Shown one piece after another: positions 1 to 8,212 of a stretch of 64,000 nt of DNA. The position numbers and the translations under genes are program-made. The notes below the pieces were generated by a model that was not told the DNA's origin, ran no database searches, and was given only the letters and a program-made list of their open reading frames with translations. This DNA is from Candidatus Bathyarchaeota archaeon (GTDB lineage: Archaea; Thermoproteota; Bathyarchaeia; Bathyarchaeales; Bathyarchaeaceae). Location: the NCBI GenBank assembly GCA_037386545.1, contig JARRLY010000011.1, positions 998 through 64,997 of the forward strand. Direction: 5' to 3'. Within the stretch, counting starts at the first letter, position 1; every line of letters begins with the position of its first letter.

Positions 1-836
1 CGGGGGCAAAAATCTGGAACTTTGCAACAGAATTTGCTGTGGTTTCCTCTCCCGTTGTGGTTTATGGCGTGGTGTATATTGCATCCGAAGACTACAACGT
101 TTACGCCTTAGACGCTAAAACCGGAGAGGTAATCTGGACTTTTGCAACAGGCGGTTTGATTCACATGTCCTCAACTGCCGTTGCAGACGGATTGGTTTAT
201 GTAGGCTCAAACGACAATAAAATATATTGTCTGAACACTTCAAACGGCAATCTTGTTTGGGACTACGCAACTGGTAGTTTTGTGATTTCTTCTCCAGCAA
301 TTGTTGACGACACAGTTTACGTTGGCTCATACGACGGAACAGTTTATGCTCTTAACGCTTATTCTGGAGATTTAGTTTGGACCTATAACACTGGGGATTC
401 AGTAGGCTCCTCTCCGGCAGTTGCCGAAGACATTGTTTATATAGGCTCAAACGACAACAAAATTTACGCTTTAGCCTCCAAAACCGGCGAGTTAATCTGG
501 AGTTATCAAACTGGAGGCGATGTTTCTTCCTCTCCTGCAGTAGCAGATGACCTTTTGTTTGTTGGCTCCCACGACCATAACATGTACGCTCTGGATGCCT
601 CTTCTGGAGAACTGGTTTGGAAATACAAAACACTAGAAAAAGTAGTTTCTTCTCCTGCTATAGCTAATGGAACTGTATATTTTGGCTCTTACGACCACAT
701 TGTTTACGCCGTAGGCGGGGATTCTGCGGTTGATGATCCAAAAATTGATGACTTTCCAGTTATCGAATCCGCCGTTATTATTTTGCTGGCCGTAATTGCC
801 CTAATAGTAACTGTGTTTTTTAGAAGAAAAAAATAA
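1..836 (+). CDS. PQQ-like beta-propeller repeat protein, 5'-partial (runs off window start), C-terminal TM anchor
   Basis: The frame stays open back to nt 3 (GAKIWNFATEF...). It carries ~40-aa repeats of the form VYxGSxDxxxYALxxxxGxxxW. The tail is hydrophobic (VIILLAVIALIVTVFF) followed by RRKK. Confidence 0.8.
   Translation, partial: GAKIWNFATEFAVVSSPVVVYGVVYIASEDYNVYALDAKTGEVIWTFATGGLIHMSSTAVADGLVYVGSNDNKIYCLNTSNGNLVWDYATGSFVISSPAIVDDTVYVGSYDGTVYALNAYSGDLVWTYNTGDSVGSSPAVAEDIVYIGSNDNKIYALASKTGELIWSYQTGGDVSSSPAVADDLLFVGSHDHNMYALDASSGELVWKYKTLEKVVSSPAIANGTVYFGSYDHIVYAVGGDSAVDDPKIDDFPVIESAVIILLAVIALIVTVFFRRKK
2..209 (+). repeat. Left copy of an inverted ~208-bp repeat shared by the two PQQ-propeller genes
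   Basis: Hand alignment to the reverse complement of 1303-1510 gives 18 mismatches in 208 nt, with a 43-nt identical run. Confidence 0.85.
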
Positions 837-848
837 CCAAAAGGCGTC

Positions 849-1211
849 CTATTTGACGTAGAACATGTCTTTTCTTTTGGGTTTTTTGATGACGTCTTTG
901 CGTATCTTCTTTTCTATTTTCTTTTCTTGACTTCCAGTTATTTTTGCGTCATAATCCACAAAGTCGCACACTAAATTAGCGAGGTTTTGGTTGATTTCTT
1001 TAAGTTCAGCTAACGAAAACTGCGCCATAATGTCGGGATTGTCTGCCCATTGCATCCATCCGGTTACGCTTCGCTGCAATGCAAGTATTGTAAACCTGAT
1101 TGTTCGAACCATGTCCAGACGGTCTTGTCCATCGGCTTTGGCAGAGTCTTTAATTTCTTTCAAGATCCGCTGGCAGTCGTTAACCCATCTACCTTCCATG
1201 AGGTACACCAC
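849..1211 (-). CDS. Hypothetical small protein (120 aa) with a basic C-terminal tail
   Basis: Clean ORF between the two propeller genes with non-repetitive, helix-like composition. I recognise no motif. Confidence 0.45.
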   Translation of the reverse strand: MVYLMEGRWVNDCQRILKEIKDSAKADGQDRLDMVRTIRFTILALQRSVTGWMQWADNPDIMAQFSLAELKEINQNLANLVCDFVDYDAKITGSQEKKIEKKIRKDVIKKPKRKDMFYVK

Positions 1212-1299
1212 ATAACGCTAAAGACTAAAGGCATAAAAAGCTTGTTTATTTCAAATATTTTCTGCAAAAGCATATAAGAACCGATCAAATTCCTTTTTG

Positions 1300-2895
1300 T
1301 TATGAGCCAACATAAACAAATCCTTCTGCAACTGCAGTTGAGGACATGTGAATCAAGCCGCCTGTTACAAAATTCCAGATTACCTCTCCTGTTTGAGCAG
1401 CTAAGGCGTAAACGTTGTAGTCTTCGGATGCAATATACACCACATCATCAACCACAACGGGAGAAGAAACCACAGCAAATTCCGTTGCATAGTTCCAGAT
1501 TTTTGCGCCCATAGAGACATTAAAGGCGTAAACGTTGTAGTCGTAGGAGCCAACATAAACTACCCCATCGGCTACTGCAGGTCCGGATAGCATTATCATG
1601 TCTTCAGTTTGGTAGTTCCATATTTCTTCGCTGGAAAACTCATCAAAAGGAACCGCCCCCAGCGAGGCACTTAGGCAGTATACTCGTCCATTATGTGAGC
1701 CAATGTAAACTTTGCCATCAACAACAGCCGCAGAAGAATCCACAACACCTCCAGTTACGTACTGCCAAACTAGGGTTCCATAATCTGCATCCAAAGCATA
1801 CAATCGTCCATCCCAGCCCCCAACGTACACGATTCCATGGGATAAGTCGGGCATAGAAATCACTTTTTCTGCGGTTTTGTAGCTCCATACATAATCTCCA
1901 GTTGCAGCCTCCAAGGCGTAAATGTTGTAGTCGTCAGAGCCCACATACACAAAATCATCAACAACCGCAGGAGAAGACCCCACAGGTCCATCAGTTGTGT
2001 AGCTCCAAAACTTTTCACCACTGGAACTGTTTAGGGCGTAAACGTTTCCGTCAGTTGAACCCACGAAAACAGTTTCACCAACTGCAGCGGGGCCTGAAAA
2101 AATTGCTCCACCAGTCGTGTAAATCCATAACAGGTTGCCACTGAAGGCGTCAATGGCGTACAAGTTTTTGTCGTCTGAGCCAACATAAACCACATTGTCC
2201 ATTACTGTTGGCGTAGAAACTATGAAGTCTTGGGTGGCGTAACTCCAGATGTATTCGCCGGTGGTGGCGTTTAAAGCATAAACTTTGTTGTCTAGGGAAC
2301 CCACATACACCATTCCACCATAAACAACAGGAGAAGACAACATGATCATGCTGCCTGTTGTGTAACTCCAAACACAATCTCCAGTTGAGGCGCTCAAAGC
2401 GTAAACGTTGGCGTCTTCAGAAGCCACGTAGACGAAACCATCAAAGTACGCGATTGCTGAGTCCACAAAATATCCAGTTTCAAAACTCCAAACACAGCTT
2501 CCATCAGAAACGTTCAAAGCGTAAACAAAAAAATCTTCAGACCCAACAAAAACTAGTCCCTGTGCAACTGCAACGGGGGACAAAACGTTACCGCCGGTAG
2601 TAAAATACCAAAGTTTTTCTCCAGTTAAAGCGTCCAAGGCGTAAACGTTATCGTCTAAAGAGCCAAAATAAACCACTCCATCAGAAACCACGGGAGAGTC
2701 CACAGGTCCGCCAGTGTTAAACGTCCATAAGGTTTGGTTTGTTCGAGGAGCAGAAAAGGCAGAACTGCCAGTGTGGGAAGGATTTTGATGGAACATAGGC
2801 CAATCAGCAGTTTGCGCAGATTCAGAAAAAGCAACAGAAAGACTTGAAGCTACCAAAAACATAAGAAAAACTATAGCTGCTAGTTTTTTGCTCAT
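1300..2895 (-). CDS. Secreted PQQ-like beta-propeller repeat protein (531 aa)
   Basis: N-terminal signal-like segment MSKKLAAIVFLMFLVASSLSVAFS, then ~12 repeats of VYVGSxDxxVYALxxxxGxxxW. The protein ends abruptly at ...FVYVGS with no anchor. Confidence 0.85.
   Translation of the reverse strand: MSKKLAAIVFLMFLVASSLSVAFSESAQTADWPMFHQNPSHTGSSAFSAPRTNQTLWTFNTGGPVDSPVVSDGVVYFGSLDDNVYALDALTGEKLWYFTTGGNVLSPVAVAQGLVFVGSEDFFVYALNVSDGSCVWSFETGYFVDSAIAYFDGFVYVASEDANVYALSASTGDCVWSYTTGSMIMLSSPVVYGGMVYVGSLDNKVYALNATTGEYIWSYATQDFIVSTPTVMDNVVYVGSDDKNLYAIDAFSGNLLWIYTTGGAIFSGPAAVGETVFVGSTDGNVYALNSSSGEKFWSYTTDGPVGSSPAVVDDFVYVGSDDYNIYALEAATGDYVWSYKTAEKVISMPDLSHGIVYVGGWDGRLYALDADYGTLVWQYVTGGVVDSSAAVVDGKVYIGSHNGRVYCLSASLGAVPFDEFSSEEIWNYQTEDMIMLSGPAVADGVVYVGSYDYNVYAFNVSMGAKIWNYATEFAVVSSPVVVDDVVYIASEDYNVYALAAQTGEVIWNFVTGGLIHMSSTAVAEGFVYVGS
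1303..1510 (-). repeat. Right copy of the inverted ~208-bp repeat (3' end of the minus-strand propeller gene)
   Basis: The reverse complement aligns to nt 2-209. Homology ends exactly at the TAA stop. Confidence 0.85.
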
Positions 2896-3057
2896 GACAG
2901 CTCACACGTTATGGCACACAGGTCGAAAACCAAAATTATTGCTAGTTAATTGGCACAGATTTGCCATCACTTTACTAAAAGTTTAGGGAACAAATAAAAA
3001 GTTATCAATTTTTGGAGCACAAAAAACAAAAAAATACAATAAAGAAAAGAGTGAAGC

Positions 3058-4161
3058 TTAGTAGCTTCGGATTTTTTGTGCGATTTCGTCGCCGACTTCG
3101 CTGGTTTTTGCTTTCCCGCCAAGGTCGTAGGTGACGATTTTTGATTCAGTTATGACTTCGTCTACTGCTTTGTCGATTAAATCTGCAGCTTTTTTGGCTG
3201 CGGGGTCGTTGTGTTGTTGGGCAATCCAGTCAAGCATCATTTTAGCTGACAAGATGGTTGCCATTGGGTTTGCGACGTTTTTGCCGTAATATTTTGGTGC
3301 GCTTCCATGGATTGGTCTAAACATTCCGTATCGGTCGCCGACTTCTGCGCTTGGGGCGATACCTAGTCCGCCTTGGAAAGTTGAGGTCAAATCAGAGATT
3401 ACGTCGCCGAACATGTTTGTTGTAACAATTACGTCATACCATTCGGGGCGTCTGATAATCCACTGAGCCCACGCGTCAATCAGTGCGGGGTCTTTTTCTA
3501 TGTCAGGGTATTCTTTTCCGATTTCATCGAACACTTCTCGGAACAAGGCACAGCTTTTCAGGACCGTGCTTTTGTCCACACAGGTTACTCGTTTCTTTCC
3601 GTCCAGAGGTGCACCTTTGGTTTTGTTTTTGCACATTTCAAAGGCATATCGGATTATGCGTTCTGCTCCTTTGCGGGTGACTATTTTTACGTCGATTCCA
3701 ACTTCGGTTTGTTCGGAGCGTTCAAGAGCACCCCGAATCGGAGCGTAAAGGTCTTCGGTGCCTTCTCTTACGATAACTAGGTCAATGTCTCCAGCTTTTT
3801 TGCCCTTCAAAGGACATGGAATGTTTGGTCGCACTTTGCTTGGGCGCACATTGGCGTATAGGTCAAGTTTTTGGCGTAATATTCTGTGAACATAAACTAT
3901 GTGTTCAAATCCTGCGACTCCGGGCATTCCTACTGCGCCGAAAAGGATGGCGTCAGATTCTTTACAGGCAGGATAAGCGTCGTCGGGCCACGCTTTACCT
4001 GTTTTTTGGAAATATTCAAATCCGCACGGGTATTCACTGAACTCAAAATCTAAGTCTTTGACTACGTCTTTTGTAGCTTCAAGGGCTTTGACGGCTTCGG
4101 GAATTACTTCTTTGCTGATACCGTCGCCAAGTAAAACAACGATGTTATATTTTTTGGACAT
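3058..4161 (-). CDS. Isocitrate/isopropylmalate dehydrogenase family enzyme (3-isopropylmalate, homoisocitrate or tartrate dehydrogenase-like)
   Basis: N-terminal IVVLLGDGISKEV, then VREGTEDLY, NMFGDVISDL and HGSAPKYYGKNVANP motifs typical of the beta-decarboxylating dehydrogenase family. Confidence 0.85.
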   Translation of the reverse strand: MSKKYNIVVLLGDGISKEVIPEAVKALEATKDVVKDLDFEFSEYPCGFEYFQKTGKAWPDDAYPACKESDAILFGAVGMPGVAGFEHIVYVHRILRQKLDLYANVRPSKVRPNIPCPLKGKKAGDIDLVIVREGTEDLYAPIRGALERSEQTEVGIDVKIVTRKGAERIIRYAFEMCKNKTKGAPLDGKKRVTCVDKSTVLKSCALFREVFDEIGKEYPDIEKDPALIDAWAQWIIRRPEWYDVIVTTNMFGDVISDLTSTFQGGLGIAPSAEVGDRYGMFRPIHGSAPKYYGKNVANPMATILSAKMMLDWIAQQHNDPAAKKAADLIDKAVDEVITESKIVTYDLGGKAKTSEVGDEIAQKIRSY

Positions 4162-4236
4162 GAAACTTTCATCTCTTTGTATTTCGAACAGTAATGGCTC
4201 TATATAAGCTAAAGCACTATTTCAAAAATTTGTTTT

Positions 4237-4869
4237 CTAGTTGATTTGTTTTACCCGTTTAACTAACCGTAATGAACTTATTGCTGCAATCAAAGCTGAA
4301 GCAACTGCAATAATAACCAAAACCGTTAGAATTTGGATTAAAAAGTGCATATCTTCTACTTGTTCCTTCAAGTCTTCGGGCACACTTGAGATGTAACTGG
4401 TTTGTAGGTCGTTAAGTGTTGTTTTAATTTCTTGCACTGTTGTTTTAACTTCTTGCACTGTTGTTTTAATTTCTGTGACAGATTCTGTTGTTACAGTTTC
4501 GTTGCCTGAAACAAGATTAGAGTGCAGTTCTGTTGTCAGATCGGTTAAGTCTTCTAAGGCGAAGATAATGGTTCCAAGTTCTGCTACAGTAACGGTTACT
4601 TCGCTGAAATAATCCATGGTAGATTCTATTTTTGTTATGACCTCATTTAATGATTCGAGCGTAACATTTGTGGTGGTAACGTTCGCATCCAAAGCATCCA
4701 ATTTAGTTTTAAGGTATTCTAGTTCTACCAAAACATCTTCAAGAGTTGCAGTTTGTCCAAAAACGATACATCCAATTGGAGAAAATGTAACCGCAAAGAC
4801 TGTTGACACAATAAGCAATGTCACAATAACTTTAGAAATCGTTTTGTTTTGCACTATTTGTGACCTCAT
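4237..4869 (-). CDS. Membrane-anchored coiled-coil protein (TM at both ends), hypothetical
   Basis: N-terminal TM VIVTLLIVSTVFAV and C-terminal TM VLVIIAVASALIAAI. The centre is heptad-like and contains the tandem TTVQEVKTTVQEIKTT, a 24-nt DNA repeat near 4420-4470. Confidence 0.5.
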   Translation of the reverse strand: MRSQIVQNKTISKVIVTLLIVSTVFAVTFSPIGCIVFGQTATLEDVLVELEYLKTKLDALDANVTTTNVTLESLNEVITKIESTMDYFSEVTVTVAELGTIIFALEDLTDLTTELHSNLVSGNETVTTESVTEIKTTVQEVKTTVQEIKTTLNDLQTSYISSVPEDLKEQVEDMHFLIQILTVLVIIAVASALIAAISSLRLVKRVKQIN

Positions 4870-4930
4870 CCAGACAGGTTACTAATAGTGTAGTCTGTTA
4901 GCACAAAAAATTTGTGCACAAAAAGGGAAC

Positions 4931-5422
4931 TTATTCATTTCTGCGTTTTTGCAAAAGCTGTTTTGCGAGCTCTTTGGCGTGAGGATGATATATAAGGTCA
5001 ATGATTTGGTTCCAGTCAAAGTTAGGATGTGAAAGATAATGAGGATATTCCTCGGGAGAAAACATTACGAGTTTGTCTGAGTCATACAAGATCTTGAAAG
5101 CCAAAGAAGGAGAATCAGGATGGTCGTGATGGGTTCGGATAAATTCACAAACTTGGTCTACAAAGGCTTTGGGATATCCTAGTTTAGCTAATAGTGTTGC
5201 GGCGATTTCAGGGCCGTTCTTGTATTGTTTTTCTATTGTGCTTCCGCCGATGTCGTGCATGATTATGGAACAGCAAACTAGTTCTTCAATGTCTTTGGGG
5301 ATTTCAAAATTGTTTTTTGCTATTTCAAAAACTCTTCGTGTGTGTGGCAAACCAAAATCGTTTTTCTTCAGGTAAGGTTCTGCCAAACTAAACACTGTTT
5401 CATAATCCACTATTTTCACCAA
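4931..5422 (-). CDS. HD-domain phosphohydrolase
   Basis: H...HD signature (IIMHDIGG) plus a downstream HHDHPDS. It is 163 aa and lies 3 nt downstream of the queC-like gene on the same strand. Confidence 0.75.
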   Translation of the reverse strand: MVKIVDYETVFSLAEPYLKKNDFGLPHTRRVFEIAKNNFEIPKDIEELVCCSIIMHDIGGSTIEKQYKNGPEIAATLLAKLGYPKAFVDQVCEFIRTHHDHPDSPSLAFKILYDSDKLVMFSPEEYPHYLSHPNFDWNQIIDLIYHPHAKELAKQLLQKRRNE

Positions 5423-5425
5423 AGT

Positions 5426-6015
5426 TTAGACTTCGTATTCGGTAGGGTCAGGAATTTGAGCTTTTACAAAAGCGTTTTTCCGATTCACACAAGATTCACA
5501 TTGCCCACAATGCTTTTCGCCACCAAAATAACAAGACCATGTCAATTCGAAAGGCACTCCTAGCTCTACACCTTTTTTGATTATATCTGATTTTGGTCCG
5601 CCACTGAAAGGAGCTTCTATGGTAAGGTCGTCGTCGGTTCCTAGTCTTGCTGTTTCTTCAAAAGATTTGTAAAATGTAGGTCGGCAATCGGGATAAAAGG
5701 GTTCATCCGAACCATGAGCTCCGGCTGACTAAAGTCTCCGGTCATGGTGATGTTTTCGTCACAAACTGAAGTAACTCCCATGTAGATTTCCCGCAACGAA
5801 GACAAATCAATTACTTTCAAGGGTATGTTCAGTTTTTGTGCAATCAGTTGAGCGTATTCTGTTTCTTTGGAAGCAATTTGCCCATACTTACAAGTTAATC
5901 CATGAACGTTGTATCCTTGCTGTCTTGCCCAGTAAGCAGTTGTTACTGAGTCGGGTCCACCACTTAATACTACCACGCAGTTTTCGTTCTGTTGGGTCAG
6001 TTCGTTTCCCACCAT
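5426..6015 (-). pseudogene. queC: QueC/ExsB-family PP-loop ATPase (7-cyano-7-deazaguanine synthase-like) with an interrupted reading frame
   Basis: Frame A (5641-6015) carries VVVLSGGPDSVTTA. A second frame (5426-~5725) reads GAHGSDEPFYPDCRPTF...TWSCYFGGEKHCGQCESCVNRKNAF, the QueC zinc-Cys C-terminus. Total length is 3n+2. Confidence 0.65.
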
Positions 6016-6479
6016 TTGTATCTGCCTTCAACTAATTTGAATATCACCGACCCAATTAAACATACTATTTGTTCAGCAATTAACAAATAAGGAAAAGAGA
6101 CAATAAACGGTGTCCCAAACTGCATTAACATGAAAGCTACACTAAAGGAAATTACTGTCGCGATTACTACTCCGCAAATAAAATAGTTTTGACCAAATTT
6201 TTTTGAAACAACATAACCTAACACTCCTGCGACAACACTCATCATAGGCATAAACAGCAAGTCCCATGGACCTGCAAAGGGACTGAAAAGGTTTCCAACT
6301 ACAGCTCCGAGGCCATATCCGATGGCCAAAGTCCATTTTTTTGCAATAATTGGGCGGATTACTCCTGCAACTCTGAATTGTAGAGCCATAAAAGAGATGG
6401 GCGCAAAAACATATACTAATGCTGCGTAAAGGGCAGCAAACATAGTTACTAAAGTAAGGTCTCGTGTACTTATTTCCAA
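5997..6479 (-). CDS. queT: QueT-like queuosine/7-deazaguanine precursor transporter (ECF S-component-like membrane protein)
   Basis: Multi-TM protein of 160 aa. The LYAALVYVFAPISFMALQFRVAGVIRP and GNLFSPFAGPWDLLF segments match my memory of the QueT family. It has a TTG start 8 nt after GGGAGGT and overlaps the queC start by 19 nt. Confidence 0.65.
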   Translation of the reverse strand: MEISTRDLTLVTMFAALYAALVYVFAPISFMALQFRVAGVIRPIIAKKWTLAIGYGLGAVVGNLFSPFAGPWDLLFMPMMSVVAGVLGYVVSKKFGQNYFICGVVIATVISFSVAFMLMQFGTPFIVSFPYLLIAEQIVCLIGSVIFKLVEGRYKWWETN

Positions 6480-6560
6480 TTTATTTACCTCCCGACTCCG
6501 GGATTTTTAATGCGGAACGGGTGGGAGGTACCACCTACCCGCAAAAGAACGGACTGCAAG
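6480..6560 (-). promoter_or_regulatory. Structured GC-rich 5' leader of queT with SD/anti-SD complementarity (candidate riboswitch or translational regulator)
   Basis: The minus-strand RNA reads GCGGGUAGGUGGUACCUCCCACCCGUUCCGCAUUAAAAAUCCCGGAGUCGGGAGGUAAAUAAAUUG. It can form an imperfect ~10-bp hairpin and a UCCCG-GAGU-CGGGA hairpin. ACCUCCC is perfectly complementary to the SD GGGAGGU. Confidence 0.3.
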
Positions 6561-6720
6561 AATCGTTTAAAAACTTTTAGCTAAATCAGCAAAACCAAAA
6601 TTAGTACATTTGTTTACAAAATAGCATAATACCTGAAAAACAGTTTTTGTACCAGAACCTGAAATGAAAATTATTTCCGCTTTAAGACACGACACCGTGA
6701 AAAAAATTTGACAATACTCC

Positions 6721-6891
6721 ATGAAGAGTCTGAAGCCCATGAATACTGGCTCAGCGAATAGGGATTTCATCTCAGGCTCTAACGTGACACATGAAACGGC
6801 TGCAAAAAGATGGTCTAGTTATGGGTTTAGCAGAGGGACTAACAATCAAATACTAGCTGAAGAACAAGCTGAAACAATCAGAATGCATTGA
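6721..6891 (+). CDS. Possible small protein (56 aa), hypothetical
   Basis: ATG-initiated ORF MKSLKPMNTGSANRDFISGSNVTHETAAKRWSSYGFSRGTNNQILAEEQAETIRMH, followed by a hairpin and a T7 tract. No homology recognised. Confidence 0.25.
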   Translation: MKSLKPMNTGSANRDFISGSNVTHETAAKRWSSYGFSRGTNNQILAEEQAETIRMH

Positions 6892-6894
6892 AGT

Positions 6895-6951
6895 AATTAC
6901 AAAATAAAAAAGAAAAGATAGGGTGTTTGTCACCCTAGTGGGCATTTTTTT
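6895..6951. terminator. Bidirectional terminator-like hairpin flanked by T-tracts on both strands
   Basis: A perfect 7-bp stem TAGGGTG-TTTGT-CACCCTA lies at 6919-6937. It is followed by TTTTTTT on the + strand and by TCTTTTCTTTTTTATTTT on the - strand, between convergent ORFs. Confidence 0.45.
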
Positions 6952-7603
6952 ATGCTTCTGTTGCGGGTGGTGCTGATGGAGGGGGCGTTACAGTTGCAGG
7001 TTCTGGTTTGATTGAAAAGAACGCCACAGTGAGTAAGATTAATGCAACCCATAGAATTAATGCACCGACTGCGATTATTGTTAGTATTGCACCAATTAGT
7101 ATTAGCATTCCAGTTGTTCCGAAGAGTCCAACACCAGTTTTTTCTGATAATGTGTTTAGGGATTTTCTGTAAAAAATTGCAGATACTACAAGTAACGCGA
7201 AAAGGACAACCAATGCAACAACAATTATTGTAATAAATTCCATGAGTATGTCAAAGTTCATTGCTCCTTCCCAGTCGACTGCTGAAATGGCTGATGGGTC
7301 TGTGCCTATAGTAGAAATGTCAAGATCCAGTGCAGATAATAGTCCAACACCGCCTACAACAACTGCAGCAACAGATGCAACACCACCAATAATGGTAAAG
7401 ATTACACCATACAGGGTGTTGTTGAATATGCTTGAGTCATTGTAGTGGTCTGCTAATCCTTTAACTGAAATTAGTACAAGAATTAACCCAACAAGACCTA
7501 AGATTCCGCCAAAACTACCTCCAACGTACCCAGTAAGGGGAGAAATTACCATGAGTAATGAACCTACGCCGCCTAATGTTTTACTTGATTCAAGTGTCAT
7601 CAA
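6950..7603 (-). CDS. Polytopic membrane protein, DUF996-like, Pro-rich C-terminal tail
   Basis: N-terminal SKTLGGVGSLLMVISPL...LVLISVKGLADHYNDSSIFNN resembles archaeal DUF996 proteins as I remember them. It has ~6 TM segments and ends PATVTPPPSAPPATEA. Confidence 0.55.
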   Translation of the reverse strand: MMTLESSKTLGGVGSLLMVISPLTGYVGGSFGGILGLVGLILVLISVKGLADHYNDSSIFNNTLYGVIFTIIGGVASVAAVVVGGVGLLSALDLDISTIGTDPSAISAVDWEGAMNFDILMEFITIIVVALVVLFALLVVSAIFYRKSLNTLSEKTGVGLFGTTGMLILIGAILTIIAVGALILWVALILLTVAFFSIKPEPATVTPPPSAPPATEA

Positions 7604-7924
7604 ATATTCACCTTCGATTCAGTTTCTACCATTGAAAATAAAAGCTTTTTCTTGCCAAATGATTAATGCTAAATAAACAAAACACTACAATTCACAAATA
7701 CAGCTTTAATTAGTATTTTTTGAGAAATAAAAATTCAATCCCAAAATTTGTTGAATTTAGTTGAACAAACATTCAATGAATGATGGATACAAAAGCATCA
7801 ACAAACTCCATTAAAGTTCCTTAAAACAAAAACATGTTTGGCAAAAAAGCCGAAAACGTTGATTAAGGGGATCAAAAAATCATAATAAACCGAAAAGGGA
7901 AATTAGCGATTCACTAGACTGAAT

Positions 7925-8110
7925 CTATGGTCCAGTGAACCCACACTTCGGGCATTTGTAGTGTCGTCCAAACTGTCGGCATTTGGCGCAACGCCAGATG
8001 AGGATTTCTCCGCAGCTGGGGCACAATGTTTTTGTAGAGTCTTCGCCCGGAGGGATAATTCGGTTACATGACATGCATTTCGGCATAACGATGTTTACTT
8101 TTTCGCTCAC
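7925..8110 (-). CDS. Small four-CxxC zinc-ribbon protein (HVO_2753/COG2888-like)
   Basis: The 61-aa protein has CMSC, CPSCG, CAKC and CPKCG motifs, the pattern of the archaeal two-zinc-finger micro-protein family. Confidence 0.7.
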   Translation of the reverse strand: MSEKVNIVMPKCMSCNRIIPPGEDSTKTLCPSCGEILIWRCAKCRQFGRHYKCPKCGFTGP

Positions 8111-8212
8111 AGCAACACCTCAAGGAAATTTGTGTAATACACTGCCCACTTATATATGCTATCTTTTAAAACTTCCTCACCCATAATAACTCCAATCAAA
8201 CGAGGAACACCC

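Noticed and set aside
6480-6560. Direct assignment of the queT leader to the preQ1-I riboswitch class
   Set aside because: The sequence lacks the short 5-bp P1, the loop and the AAAAAACUA(A/G) tail arrangement of preQ1-I as I remember it. It is kept only as an unclassified candidate regulatory RNA.
6567-6770. 67-aa minus-strand ORF in the queT upstream spacer
   Set aside because: It is AT-rich and Phe/Lys-rich and has no start context. It overlaps the somewhat more plausible plus-strand 56-aa ORF and would lie upstream of the queT leader.
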